Positions 52,794 to 62,589 of a DNA stretch of 64,000 nt are shown in pieces (within the stretch, counting starts at the first letter, position 1; each line of letters begins with the position of its first letter). The translations under genes and the position numbers were made by a program. Source of the stretch: Acidimicrobiia bacterium (GTDB lineage Bacteria; Actinomycetota; Acidimicrobiia; Spongiisociales; Spongiisociaceae); contig WTGI01000009.1 in the NCBI GenBank assembly GCA_011523635.1, forward strand, positions 16,781 through 80,780, read 5' to 3'. Under the pieces are notes generated by a model, which was not told the DNA's origin, did no database searches, and worked only from the letters and a program-made list of their open reading frames with translations.

Positions 52794-54833
52794 ATGCGAC
52801 CGGAGAACATTCGAAATGTGGGCCTGTTCGGCCATGGAGGTTCCGGTAAGACCTCCCTGGCAGAGGCCCTCCTTTTCAACGCCGGCGAGATCAACCGCAT
52901 CGGCTCCGTCGATGACGGCAACACGGTCATGGACCACGAGCCCGAGGAGATCGAGCGCCAGAGCTCGCTGGGGCTCGGAGTGGCGTCCTTCGATCACAAC
53001 GGTACCCGGGTCAACCTCATCGACACACCCGGGTACGCCGACTTCGTGGGGGAAGCGCTGGCGGCGTTGCGGGCCGTCGACCTGGCCGTCTTTGTGGTCT
53101 CCGCCGTGGATGGCGTCGAGGTCCAGACCGAGATCCTCTGGGAAGCCGCCCGCCTGGAGGGCATCCCGAGGGTGGTATTCGTCAACAAGCTCGACAGGGA
53201 CCGCGCCTCGTTCTCCCGCACCCTGGACGAATTGGTCGAGGCCTTCGGCAAGCGTATCGCTCCGATCCAGATACCGGTCGGAGAGGAGGACAGCCTGAGC
53301 GGAGTGGTCCGGCTGGTGTCGGGGCGCGCCTACCGGTACGGATCGGGCCTCACGAAGGGCAATCCGGTCGACATTCCACCCGAGGTTGCCGATGCCTTCG
53401 AAGAGACCCGTTCAGCCCTGGTGGAGTCGGTGGTGGAGACCGACGACGATCTGCTGGAGGCCTACTTCGAGGGCGAGGAGCCGTCGGCGGACCGGATGGT
53501 GCAGGTCATCCACGACGGGATGCTGGCCGGAGACATCTTCCCGGTGCTGGTGGGTTCCGCCGGTTCCCTGGTGGGAATCGACACGCTGGCCGAGTTCGTG
53601 GTCGACTTCGGCCCCGATCCCCTGGAGCGGACGGTGCCTGCGACGCGGAGCGGCGAGTTGGCACCCGATGCCGACGCACCGGCGGTGGCCTACACCTTCA
53701 AGACCTCGGGGGATCAGTACGTGGGCCGGGTCAATACCTTCCGGGTCTTCTCGGGCTCGTTCAGGCCCGACACGGTGCTCGAGAACCCCGGCGGGGACAA
53801 GCTCAAGATGTCCAGCCTCTTCTCGCTCCAGGGCAAGGACCACGCCGCGCTGCCGGAGGTGACGGTCGGGTCCATCGGGTCGGTGGCCAAGCTCGACCGG
53901 CTGCGGGTGGGCGACACGCTTCGGGCCCCCGGAAGCGATGTCGAGATCGCGCCGGTCCGGGTGCCCCGCCCCGTACACGAGGTGACGGTATCGCCCCGAT
54001 CCACCCAGGATGAGGACAAGCTCTCGACCGCCCTGGCCCGCATCCAGGAGGAGGATCCCACCATCATGGTGGAGCGTCGCGCCGAGACCAGCGAAACGGT
54101 CCTCTCGGGCCTCGGGGAGGCCCACGTCAGTGTCACGCTGGCCAAGGTGGCGCGGCTCTTCGGGGTCGAGGTGGACACGGGCGTGCCGCGCATCCCGTAC
54201 CGCGAGACCATCCAGGGGCGGGCCGACGTGGAGGGCAAGCACAAGAAGCAGTCGGGCGGGCGGGGCCAGTTCGGCGTGGCATACGTGCGGTTCGAGCCCA
54301 ACCAGCGCGGCGAGGGTTACGAGTTCGTGGACCAGATCAAGGGCGGGTCGATTCCCCGGAGCCTTATCCCGGCGGTCGACAAGGGGATCCGGGAGGCCCT
54401 CGCCCGGGGCATCCTGGCCGGCTATCCGGTTATCGACGTCCGGGCCACCGTCTATGACGGCAAGTTCCACTCCGTCGACTCCGATGAGCTCAGCTTCCGG
54501 ATGGCGGGGATCATGGCAGTCCGGGCGGCGGCCTCCGACCTGCGGGCTACCATCCTCGAACCCATCGCCGTGGTCACCATCCGGGTACCCGAGGACTACA
54601 TGGGCGACGTGATCGGTGACATCAACGCCAAGCGGGGGCGGGTGCTCGGGATGGACGCCGACGGGCGGAGCCGGGTCCTGAACGTGGAGGTCCCGATGGC
54701 CGAGGTGCAGCGCTACTCCGTCGATCTGCGATCGATGACCGGAGGGCGTGGATCCTTCGACATCGAGTTCGCCCGCTACGAGCCCGCTCCGCCCCAGGAA
54801 GTGCAGCGGGTCGTGGCGGCGGCCAAGGCCTAG
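52794..54833 (+). CDS. elongation factor G family GTPase (EF-G paralog)
   Basis: G1 GHGGSGKTSL, G3 DTPGYADF, G4 NKLD, then EF-G domains II-V. Shorter than canonical FusA, so it is a paralog. Confidence 0.75.
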   Translation: MRPENIRNVGLFGHGGSGKTSLAEALLFNAGEINRIGSVDDGNTVMDHEPEEIERQSSLGLGVASFDHNGTRVNLIDTPGYADFVGEALAALRAVDLAVFVVSAVDGVEVQTEILWEAARLEGIPRVVFVNKLDRDRASFSRTLDELVEAFGKRIAPIQIPVGEEDSLSGVVRLVSGRAYRYGSGLTKGNPVDIPPEVADAFEETRSALVESVVETDDDLLEAYFEGEEPSADRMVQVIHDGMLAGDIFPVLVGSAGSLVGIDTLAEFVVDFGPDPLERTVPATRSGELAPDADAPAVAYTFKTSGDQYVGRVNTFRVFSGSFRPDTVLENPGGDKLKMSSLFSLQGKDHAALPEVTVGSIGSVAKLDRLRVGDTLRAPGSDVEIAPVRVPRPVHEVTVSPRSTQDEDKLSTALARIQEEDPTIMVERRAETSETVLSGLGEAHVSVTLAKVARLFGVEVDTGVPRIPYRETIQGRADVEGKHKKQSGGRGQFGVAYVRFEPNQRGEGYEFVDQIKGGSIPRSLIPAVDKGIREALARGILAGYPVIDVRATVYDGKFHSVDSDELSFRMAGIMAVRAAASDLRATILEPIAVVTIRVPEDYMGDVIGDINAKRGRVLGMDADGRSRVLNVEVPMAEVQRYSVDLRSMTGGRGSFDIEFARYEPAPPQEVQRVVAAAKA

Positions 54834-54851
54834 GAGGGACAAGCGCAGCTC

Positions 54852-56132
54852 ATGGAGAAGGCAACCATCCGTGTCGATGGCGAGGACGCGATCGACGTAC
54901 CGATCGCATCGGGAACGGAGGGTGAACGGGCGCTCGACATCCGGCGCCTCCGGGCGGCCTCCGGGATGGTCACGCTCGATCCCGGATACGGGAACACCGC
55001 GGAGACCTCCAGCGAGGTCTCGTTCATCGACGGCGAGGCAGGGATCCTCCGTTACCGCGGCTATCCGGTGGACCAGCTGGTCGAGAACTCCACGTTCCTG
55101 GAGGTGGCCTACCTGCTGGATAGGGGCGAGTTGCCCACCTCCGACCAGATGGCGTCATTCGAGAGCCGCATCGCGGAGCACCGCGCCCTGCCCGAGGGGT
55201 TCGAGAAGGTACTGGAGGCTCTCCCGCCCGGTACCCATCCGATGCAGAAGATCGCCACCGCGATCGCCCTGCTGAGCGCCTACTTCCCGGGAACGGGGGG
55301 ACCGGGAGAGGTGGAGGCCAACCGCCTGGCCGCTACCCGCCTGGTGGCGATGATGCCGGCGCTGGTGGCGTGGTCGCACCGCAGCGATCGGGACCGGGTG
55401 TACATCGATCCCGACCCCGGCCTCGGTTACGTGGCCGACTTCCTGAACATGACCTTCAACCCCGGCGACGCGGGCTACGAGCTCAAGTCGACCCATGTCC
55501 AGGCCATGGAGGCGTTGCTGATCCTCCACGCCGACCACGGCCAGAACCTGTCCACCTCGGCGGTCCGGCTGGTCGGGTCGGGACAGACCGACCTGTTCTC
55601 CTCGATATGCGCCGGCGTCCTGGCGCTGTCAGGCCCCCTGCACGGCGGCGCCAACCAGCGGGTCATCGAGATGCTGGAGGACATCCGGTCCGCCGGCGGG
55701 GACACCGGGCTGTTCCTGGACCGGGCAAAGGACAGGAACGACCCCTTCCGGCTCATGGGCTTCGGCCACCGGGTCTACAAGAATTTCGATCCCCGGGCGC
55801 TGATCATCAAGCGGCACGCCCGCGCCCTGCTCGACTACCAGGCCAATCCGTTGCTCGATCTGGCTCTGAAGCTGGAGCAGGAGGCCCTGGCGGACGACTT
55901 CTTCATCCGGCGGCGCATCTACCCCAACGTGGACTACTACTCGGGCATCATCTACCAGGCGATGGGCTTTCCGAGCGAGATCTTCACGGTGCTGTTCGCC
56001 CTGGGCAGGCTGCCCGGATGGCTGGCGCAGCTGCGGGAGATGAAGGAGTCGTCGAGCGCCCCCCTCAAGCGCCCGCGCCAGATCTACACCGGCTACCCGC
56101 AGCGAGACTACGTGCCCCAGGCGGAGCGTTGA
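54852..56132 (+). CDS. citrate synthase
   Basis: GYRGYPVDQL, HADHGQNLSTSAVRLVGS, GFGHRVYKNFDPRA, the canonical citrate synthase catalytic His/Asp regions. Confidence 0.85.
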   Translation: MEKATIRVDGEDAIDVPIASGTEGERALDIRRLRAASGMVTLDPGYGNTAETSSEVSFIDGEAGILRYRGYPVDQLVENSTFLEVAYLLDRGELPTSDQMASFESRIAEHRALPEGFEKVLEALPPGTHPMQKIATAIALLSAYFPGTGGPGEVEANRLAATRLVAMMPALVAWSHRSDRDRVYIDPDPGLGYVADFLNMTFNPGDAGYELKSTHVQAMEALLILHADHGQNLSTSAVRLVGSGQTDLFSSICAGVLALSGPLHGGANQRVIEMLEDIRSAGGDTGLFLDRAKDRNDPFRLMGFGHRVYKNFDPRALIIKRHARALLDYQANPLLDLALKLEQEALADDFFIRRRIYPNVDYYSGIIYQAMGFPSEIFTVLFALGRLPGWLAQLREMKESSSAPLKRPRQIYTGYPQRDYVPQAER

Positions 56133-56611
56133 CGGACGGGATCCGCATTCCTGCCGACGTGGCGCGGGAAGCGGGCGTTCCGGACGACCTGGACTCCGGA
56201 CAGCTGGGTCCGTACCGGTTCCCATCCCCGGCCCGTCGCCGGATCGGCGGCCGCATCTACCTGACCGCAGGGCTGCTGGCCGTGTTCGGTGCGCTGGCCA
56301 ACCTCGGTGCCGGCCTGTGGGTGGTCGCGCTCGGGCTGCTGGCCCTCGCCTACGTTCACTACCGCACGGCCTGGTCGCTGGCGATAGACCAGGAGCGGGC
56401 GCTGGACATGGCCGCAGCCCTGGCCCCGTTCCCGGTGGGTCACGCCTCGGCCGCCCTCGGGTTCGTGGGAGGGCGGTCACGCCCGGTCTGGAACCTCATC
56501 CTGTACTCGGCGGAGGACCCGCCCCTGATGCGGGCGCTGGTACGGATAGATGCGGTCAGCGGGCACAGGATCGACGAGGTGTACACGGAGCAACTGGAGC
56601 AACCTGACTGA
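56129..56611 (+). CDS. hypothetical membrane protein
   Basis: TTG start overlapping the citrate synthase stop. Two hydrophobic helices (IYLTAGLLAVFGALANLGAGLWVVALGLLALAYV). The track shows it only as the tail of a longer out-of-frame ORF. Confidence 0.3.
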   Translation: MTDGIRIPADVAREAGVPDDLDSGQLGPYRFPSPARRRIGGRIYLTAGLLAVFGALANLGAGLWVVALGLLALAYVHYRTAWSLAIDQERALDMAAALAPFPVGHASAALGFVGGRSRPVWNLILYSAEDPPLMRALVRIDAVSGHRIDEVYTEQLEQPD

Positions 56612-56638
56612 GCCCGCCGGGGGCTCGGATAGTACGTT

Positions 56639-58651
56639 TCAGCCGGGAGGCCGGGCGGCATCGACCAGCTCGGCCAGCGCCTCGTCCATCGGAACGCCCC
56701 GCCTCTCTCTCTTCTGCGACCGGAGGCGAAGACCGACGGTGCCGTTACCGGCATCCTGGTCGCCCACCACCAGGATCGCCGGGACCTTCCGGGTTATGGC
56801 CTGGCGGATCTTCTCCCCCAGCTTGCCCGGTCCCGAGGCGGACTCGACCCGTAGGCCCGCGTCCCGGAGCCCGCCCGCGACCCGGCCGGCGTAACCGTCG
56901 TGCCGGTCGGCGACCGGTACGACCACGGCTTGGACGGGCGCCAGCCACATCGGCATGGCGCCGGCGTAGTGCTCGACCAGCACCCCCAGGAAGCGCTCCA
57001 CGGAGCCGAACTTGGCGGCGTGGATCATGACGGGTCGTTCCCTGGTGTCGGCGGGCGTGACGTATTCGAGGCCGAACCGCTCCGGAAGGGAGAAGTCCAC
57101 CTGGATGGTGGACATCTGCCAGCGGCGCCCGATGGCGTCATCGACATACACGTCGATCTTGGGGCCATAGAAGGCGCCCTCGCCCTCCGCCACGCGGTGA
57201 GGGATGCCCGCCGTGGCGAGGGCTTGGGCCAGCGACTCCTCGGCCAGTTCCCACAACTCCTGCTCCCCGACCGACTTCTCCTCCGGGCGGGTCGACAGTT
57301 CGGCCCGAAAGTCGTAGAAGCCGAAGTCTTGAAGAAGTCGGAGCACGAAGTCGAGGTGGAGCTGCAGCTCGGACGGGACCTGGTCGCGGGTGCAGAAGGT
57401 GTGGGAGTCGTCCTGGGTGAACCCCCGCGCCCGGAGCAGGCCGTGTACCACGCCCGACCTCTCGTAGCGGTACACGGCGCCCAGCTCGGAGAGGCGCATG
57501 GGGAGGTCCCGGTACGAGCGGGCGTCCGAGCGGTAGATCATCACGTGGAACGGGCAGTTCATCGGCTTCACGCGGTACTCGACACCCTGGTCCATCTCCA
57601 GGCCGGGGTACATGTTCTCCGCATAGAAGTCCAGGTGGCCGGACGTCTTCCAGAGATCGGCCCTGGCCAGATGGGGCGAGAACACGAAGTCGAAGCCGTA
57701 GGCCTCGTGGATACGCCGGCTGTAGTCCTCGACGAGGCGCCTCAGCATGCCGCCCTTCGGGTGCCACACGGCCAAGCCCGGGCCGAGGCCCTCCGGGAAC
57801 GAGAACAGGTCGAGTTCACGGCCCAGCTTGCGGTGGTCGCGGCGCGCCGCTTCCTCGATCCGGTGGAGATGGGTCCGGAGCGCCTTGCCCGACTCCCAGG
57901 CGGTTCCGTAGATGCGTTGCAGCTGGGGACGCTTCTCGTCCCCCCTCCAGTATGCCCCCGCCGTCCGCATGAGCTTGAAGGCCTTCAACCTTCCGGTTGA
58001 AGGTAAGTGTGGGCCCCGGCACAGGTCCACGAAGCCATCGTTGCGGTAAACGGACACCACGTCCCCGGAATCGACCTCCGACTCGTCCACCGAGCGGATT
58101 ATCTCGAGCTTGTACGGGTGTTCCCGGAACAGCTCCAGCCCCGCGGCCCGGGACATCTCCTCCCGGACGAAGGGCTGATCGGCCGCGATGATCCGGTCCA
58201 TCTCCTCCTCGATCGCATCCAGGTCGTCGGGCGTGAACGGCCGCCCGATGTCGAAGTCGTAGTAGAAGCCGTCGGTGATGGCGGGGCCTATGGCGAAGGT
58301 GGCTCCCTCGAAGAGTCCGAGTACCGCCTGGGCCATTATGTGGGCTGCCGAGTGGCGGAGCACATGGCGACCCTCCTCCGATTCCGGGGTGACGACCGCG
58401 AATCGCCCCCCGGCATGGATCGGCTGCTCCAGGTCCATCAGGACGCCGTCCACCGACACCGCCACGGCCGCGCCGGCCAGGCGCGGGTCGATCGATCCGG
58501 CCACCTGGAGGCCGGTCACTCCGGCCTCGCGGCGGATGAGGGTTTGGTCGGGAAGGATCAGTTCGATGCTCACGGCCGGGTCCGGGAAGATGGATTCGCC
58601 ATCGTAATCAACGACCCGGCGGCGGCCGGTATTCCTCCCGGCGCCGGCCAC
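56639..58651 (-). CDS. thrS: threonine--tRNA ligase
   Basis: TGS and second-additional domain (ADQPFVREE), class II core motifs (FRAELSTRPE, HRVAEGEGAFYGPKID) and an anticodon-binding C-terminus. 670 aa. Confidence 0.9.
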   Translation of the reverse strand: MAGAGRNTGRRRVVDYDGESIFPDPAVSIELILPDQTLIRREAGVTGLQVAGSIDPRLAGAAVAVSVDGVLMDLEQPIHAGGRFAVVTPESEEGRHVLRHSAAHIMAQAVLGLFEGATFAIGPAITDGFYYDFDIGRPFTPDDLDAIEEEMDRIIAADQPFVREEMSRAAGLELFREHPYKLEIIRSVDESEVDSGDVVSVYRNDGFVDLCRGPHLPSTGRLKAFKLMRTAGAYWRGDEKRPQLQRIYGTAWESGKALRTHLHRIEEAARRDHRKLGRELDLFSFPEGLGPGLAVWHPKGGMLRRLVEDYSRRIHEAYGFDFVFSPHLARADLWKTSGHLDFYAENMYPGLEMDQGVEYRVKPMNCPFHVMIYRSDARSYRDLPMRLSELGAVYRYERSGVVHGLLRARGFTQDDSHTFCTRDQVPSELQLHLDFVLRLLQDFGFYDFRAELSTRPEEKSVGEQELWELAEESLAQALATAGIPHRVAEGEGAFYGPKIDVYVDDAIGRRWQMSTIQVDFSLPERFGLEYVTPADTRERPVMIHAAKFGSVERFLGVLVEHYAGAMPMWLAPVQAVVVPVADRHDGYAGRVAGGLRDAGLRVESASGPGKLGEKIRQAITRKVPAILVVGDQDAGNGTVGLRLRSQKRERRGVPMDEALAELVDAARPPG

Positions 58652-58747
58652 GAGGCGATTGGTTCCAAGCGGTCTTTGACCGGCGGTCAGTGGCCCCTAC
58701 GGACACTGGAACGATCCATGCTGATACAATCGATCATATATAACTAT

Positions 58748-58782
58748 GAACTAGCAACTAGCAACTAGCAACTAGCAACTAG
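58748..58782. repeat. tandem heptanucleotide repeat (GAACTAG + 4x CAACTAG) in an AT-rich island
   Basis: Five perfect head-to-tail 7-mers. On the minus strand these read TAGTTGC x5 immediately after the stop codon of the MshD-like gene, which is itself inside the repeat. Confidence 0.8.
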
Positions 58783-59671
58783 TCCAGCGGTAGGCGCGGT
58801 CGGTGCGTTCGGTGGTGAAGCCGAGGCGCCGGTAGAGGTTCACGGCGGCGACGTTGGCCGAGTCCACGTAGAGGATCGCTCTGGTGGCATGCCTGTGGCG
58901 AGCGAGGTAGTCGAGCCCGTCGAGTGCGATGGCGCGGCCCAGTCCGCGGCCGAGGAAGGCGGGATCGACCGCCAGTACGTAGATCTCGCCCAGCGCGCCC
59001 CCGTCGGGTGCCGGCGTATCGTGGACCTTGGTCCAGTGGAATGTGACCAGGCGGCCGTCGATCCGGCCGGTGCGGAGTCCGCGGGGATCGAACCACGGCA
59101 TCGAGGTCCGCCGCGCCAGGTCCTGTAGTGACCAGCCGCCCTGCTCGGGGTGGCCCTCGAAGGCCCGGTTGTTGACCTCGATAAGGGCTTGCGCATCCCG
59201 GTCGACATCGAATCCGGCGAACCGGACGCCCGCCGGTGGCCGGCCGATGCCGGGGACGGGAAGTGCGGCCGCCATCAGGTACAGATCTCGTTCGTGGGTG
59301 AAGAGCGCACGTGGAGGCTCGAGGGCCGCGGTGTGGAGCCAGAGCACCGCTTCCTCGATCCCGGCGGCATCCAGGTCCTCGACGACTCCGGTGAGAAACC
59401 GTTCCGGCCGGCCGGAGTCGTCAGCCAATTCCAGCGTCCAGACCCTCCCGTCGGGGTTGGAGGCGGCGAAGGCATAGGAGACCAGCCTTCCGCCTGCCCA
59501 CGCGGCGTAGCCCAGTCCCCCACTGCCAGGGTCGTTCATGGCTGCTCGAAGGACCTCCCCGAAGGGCGGGGCGCCCTGCTTCTCGGTGACCCTGGCGATG
59601 AGATTCACCAGCTGCTCCCCGAGTTCGCCCGGCGAAGTGCGACATACCTCCATTGGCGCCGGAGGGTACAA
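58772..59671 (-). CDS. tandem-GNAT acetyltransferase, mycothiol synthase (MshD)-like
   Basis: About 300 aa with two GNAT modules. The C-terminal module has YVLAVDPAFLGRGLGRAIALDGLDYLARH...LYVDSANVAAVNLYRRLGF. Confidence 0.55.
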   Translation of the reverse strand: MYPPAPMEVCRTSPGELGEQLVNLIARVTEKQGAPPFGEVLRAAMNDPGSGGLGYAAWAGGRLVSYAFAASNPDGRVWTLELADDSGRPERFLTGVVEDLDAAGIEEAVLWLHTAALEPPRALFTHERDLYLMAAALPVPGIGRPPAGVRFAGFDVDRDAQALIEVNNRAFEGHPEQGGWSLQDLARRTSMPWFDPRGLRTGRIDGRLVTFHWTKVHDTPAPDGGALGEIYVLAVDPAFLGRGLGRAIALDGLDYLARHRHATRAILYVDSANVAAVNLYRRLGFTTERTDRAYRWTSC

Positions 59672-59710
59672 CTATCCTCCGGGTGGAATAGGCGTCGGAG
59701 GGTTAGTGCC

Positions 59711-60574
59711 GTGACCTGGTCGGACGATCAGAAGCCGCCGGAGGGTACCCGCCGTCCGGGGGACTCCCGCTGGTCCGGAGTCCGCCAAGCCGATCAGGTG
59801 CCGGTGACCGATGCGATGGTCACGCCCCGCTCGGAATCCGGCGAAGCGCGGACCGTTGCGGGCGTCCCGGAGGGCGAACCACGCTTCTGCCCCCAGTGCG
59901 GTCAGCAGTGGACACCCAAGACCTTCATCTGCCAGTCGTGCCGTCACCGGATAGGACGGCCCGAATCCCCGGCCCGGACAGGACGGTTCGCCTCCGGCCC
60001 GGGCTCCATGCGGCGGATTGCTCTGATCCTGGCGGTGGTGGCCGGCCTGGTGCTCGGGCTGCGAACCCTTACCAGCCGTGACTCCTCCACGGAGGCCGTG
60101 GAGCCCGCCGTCGAGACCACATCTTTGCAGAGCGACGCGGCGGCCCTGGAGTTCTACGCGGACGAGATCTCGCTGCTGGCCCTGGACGTGGCGGATGCGA
60201 TGGACACCGGGCGGCAGATAAACGACGGTTGGGACAGCGGCAGCCTCGAGTACGACGCGGCTGTCGAGCAGATGGGCGCCCTGGTGTCCCGGGTGACCGT
60301 CCTTTCCGCCCGGCTGGCCCGGGTGGACGCGCCGCCGGGGATCAGCACCCGGCTGCAACAGGGTCTGGCCGGCTCTCTCGCCTCCTTCATCGCGGCGGCG
60401 GAGACCATGCAGGAGGGCCTGGAGTCGACCGATACCGGGGAGACCCGTCGCGCCGGCCTGCTGGCCTTCGAGACGGCTGCCTTCGAGTTCGGCCTTCTGG
60501 CCGGCCAGGTGGCTACTGCGGTCGAGGAGGCGCAACCGGCTCCGGACGGCGTCGAGGGCGGCGCGGACGGGTAG
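59711..60574 (+). CDS. hypothetical protein with zinc ribbon (CPQCG...CQSCRH) and one TM helix
   Basis: GTG start. The track ORF begins far upstream on the opposite face of the GNAT gene. IALILAVVAGLVLGL is the TM helix. Confidence 0.35.
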   Translation: MTWSDDQKPPEGTRRPGDSRWSGVRQADQVPVTDAMVTPRSESGEARTVAGVPEGEPRFCPQCGQQWTPKTFICQSCRHRIGRPESPARTGRFASGPGSMRRIALILAVVAGLVLGLRTLTSRDSSTEAVEPAVETTSLQSDAAALEFYADEISLLALDVADAMDTGRQINDGWDSGSLEYDAAVEQMGALVSRVTVLSARLARVDAPPGISTRLQQGLAGSLASFIAAAETMQEGLESTDTGETRRAGLLAFETAAFEFGLLAGQVATAVEEAQPAPDGVEGGADG

Positions 60575-61496
60575 ACCGCGGCGGGTCTGACGGGGGTTCC
60601 GGTCGCCCCCGCCGGCGCCGGGAGTTCGACTCGCGGCCCAGCGCCTGGGTCAGCACGCCGGCCGCCACGATGGCTCCGCCCGCCAGGATGGCGACGCTGG
60701 CCGTCTCGTCGAAGAGCCACCACACCCAGAGCGGCGCCAGCACGATCTCGATCATCGAGATGAGCACCGACTCGGCCGGCCTCACGTATCGCGCTCCTAC
60801 CGTGTACAGCGCCAACCCACCGGCCAGGGCGACTCCTCCGAGCCAGAAAGCCACCACCAGGTCCCGCGGGCTCGGGGCGGCGCCGCCGATCAGCCAGCTC
60901 GTGGCCGCGGCCGTTATCAGACCTGACACGGCGATGGCCGGCAACATGTCGACATGCCTGCGGCGACGCTGCAGCACCGTGAACACGGCGAATCCGAGCG
61001 CCGACAGGAGGGCCAGCAAGGCTCCAGGCGAGATCCCCGCCGACCCGTCCGGGCCGTTCATCACCGCGATGCCGGCCAGCACCAGCGCCATTGCCAGCCA
61101 GGTGATCCGGGTGATGGGCTCCTTCAACAGCGCCCATCCCAGCAGCCCGGCCAGGACCGGCGCCATGCTGAAGATGAACACCACCTCGGCCACAGTGGTG
61201 AGGCTGAGGGCGTACACGAACGCGATGGAGGCCATGGAGATGGAGGCGCCGGCGATGACCCCGTCGGCGCCGATGTCTGCGAACGAACGGGCGAACCCCC
61301 GTCCCCGGCGCATGGCCACCCAGGCGCCGATCACCACGACCTGGGCTATGGCCCGGTAGAACAGTATCTGCCAGGTGGTGGCGGTGTCCATGATCCTCAC
61401 CCCGAGGCCGAGCGTGCTCCAGAGGGTCCCGGCCGCGGCCAACAGCAGGATTCCCCTGGCGCGGGCAGGTAGGAGGGTGGCGGTCCGGATCGTCAT
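60513..61496 (-). CDS. DMT superfamily (EamA-like) transporter
   Basis: Ten TM helices in a duplicated EamA-domain architecture. Confidence 0.7.
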   Translation of the reverse strand: MTIRTATLLPARARGILLLAAAGTLWSTLGLGVRIMDTATTWQILFYRAIAQVVVIGAWVAMRRGRGFARSFADIGADGVIAGASISMASIAFVYALSLTTVAEVVFIFSMAPVLAGLLGWALLKEPITRITWLAMALVLAGIAVMNGPDGSAGISPGALLALLSALGFAVFTVLQRRRRHVDMLPAIAVSGLITAAATSWLIGGAAPSPRDLVVAFWLGGVALAGGLALYTVGARYVRPAESVLISMIEIVLAPLWVWWLFDETASVAILAGGAIVAAGVLTQALGRESNSRRRRGRPEPPSDPPRSTRPRRPRRRPEPVAPPRPQ

Positions 61497-61508
61497 GCTG
61501 ATCCGGAC

Positions 61509-62378
61509 TCAGTGGTCTGTCATGGTCCGGATCCATGCCACGATGTCATCGAGGATCATTCCGCCTACCGGCTCCTGCAAGGAGGCGTGCCGGACGCCCG
61601 GATACAGTCGCCGCTCGACGTTGGGGAGCCGAGCCAGTGCGTCACTCGTCGTCGGTGGCACGAGCGTGTCGTCCTCGCCGTGCGTCACCAGGCACGGGGC
61701 CGAGAAGCGGTCGAGGGATGCGCCGACCCGGTCCATCGTGCTGAGCAGATGGGCGCCCAGCCGGACCGTGGTACGCGGTTCCAAGAGCGGATCGGCGAGA
61801 TAGCCGGCAACGAAGGAAGTGTCGTTGAATATCTGGTCGGGGTTGATCGGGTTGGCCAGGGTCAGGGTGGGAACCAGCCCGGCCAGGATCGGGGAGGCCC
61901 TCCGTTTCCAGGCCGGTACGACGGCGTCCACGGCGGGTGCATTGAGCACCACCAGGTCGGGTTGGCGATGGCGCGACATGGCGTAGTCGAGGGTGAGGAG
62001 GCCTCCGGCGGAGTGGCCCAGCACGACTCCGGGGAGGCCGCGATCCAGCAACCGGGCCAGGTTGTCCGACAACTGGAACAGATAGGAGTGCCAGTCCGCT
62101 ATGTCGGCCCGGGTTCCCCCGGACGCTCCGAAGCCCATCAGATCGAAGGCGTGGGTGTCGATACCGGCGGCCGCCAGCCGGGCACCGACGTCCCGGTAGC
62201 GACCCGAGTGCTCCGCCAAGCCGTGGACGATCAGGAGGGAGGCCCATGGATCCTCGGCTTCCCACCGGCGGCGCAACTCGGTGACGCCGCCTCGGGTGGT
62301 GACGATCTCCATGCTGGTGGCGGGCGGGGCGGTCATTCGATGGAACCTTGCCTGGGAGCCGGGGTGGTCCATGGCCAC
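61509..62378 (-). CDS. alpha/beta hydrolase (lysophospholipase / monoacylglycerol lipase-like)
   Basis: LLIVHGLAEHSGRY, LGHSAGGL nucleophile elbow. 289 aa. Confidence 0.65.
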   Translation of the reverse strand: MAMDHPGSQARFHRMTAPPATSMEIVTTRGGVTELRRRWEAEDPWASLLIVHGLAEHSGRYRDVGARLAAAGIDTHAFDLMGFGASGGTRADIADWHSYLFQLSDNLARLLDRGLPGVVLGHSAGGLLTLDYAMSRHRQPDLVVLNAPAVDAVVPAWKRRASPILAGLVPTLTLANPINPDQIFNDTSFVAGYLADPLLEPRTTVRLGAHLLSTMDRVGASLDRFSAPCLVTHGEDDTLVPPTTSDALARLPNVERRLYPGVRHASLQEPVGGMILDDIVAWIRTMTDH

Positions 62379-62589
62379 GAAGTAGCCGGCATTCTAGGGG
62401 TCTGTCTGTCGAACGGCGGCGTGGTATGCGCTGGCCGGCGGCGTTCCTCGCAAGGCCCGCTGACGAAGGCGTACCCGCAGCGGTACGTTGAGGAAGCGGA
62501 ACGCAGCGAGGGCCGTCGATGGCCGCCAGAGCACGCCAGGTTGTTTGACAGGCAGACCCCTGGGTCCCCTCGGGGGTCCCTTGACGTCA

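Noticed and set aside
58748-58782. CRISPR array
   Set aside because: The CAACTAG repeats are 7-nt head-to-tail units without spacers. No cas genes are present and no repeat-spacer periodicity occurs anywhere in the window.
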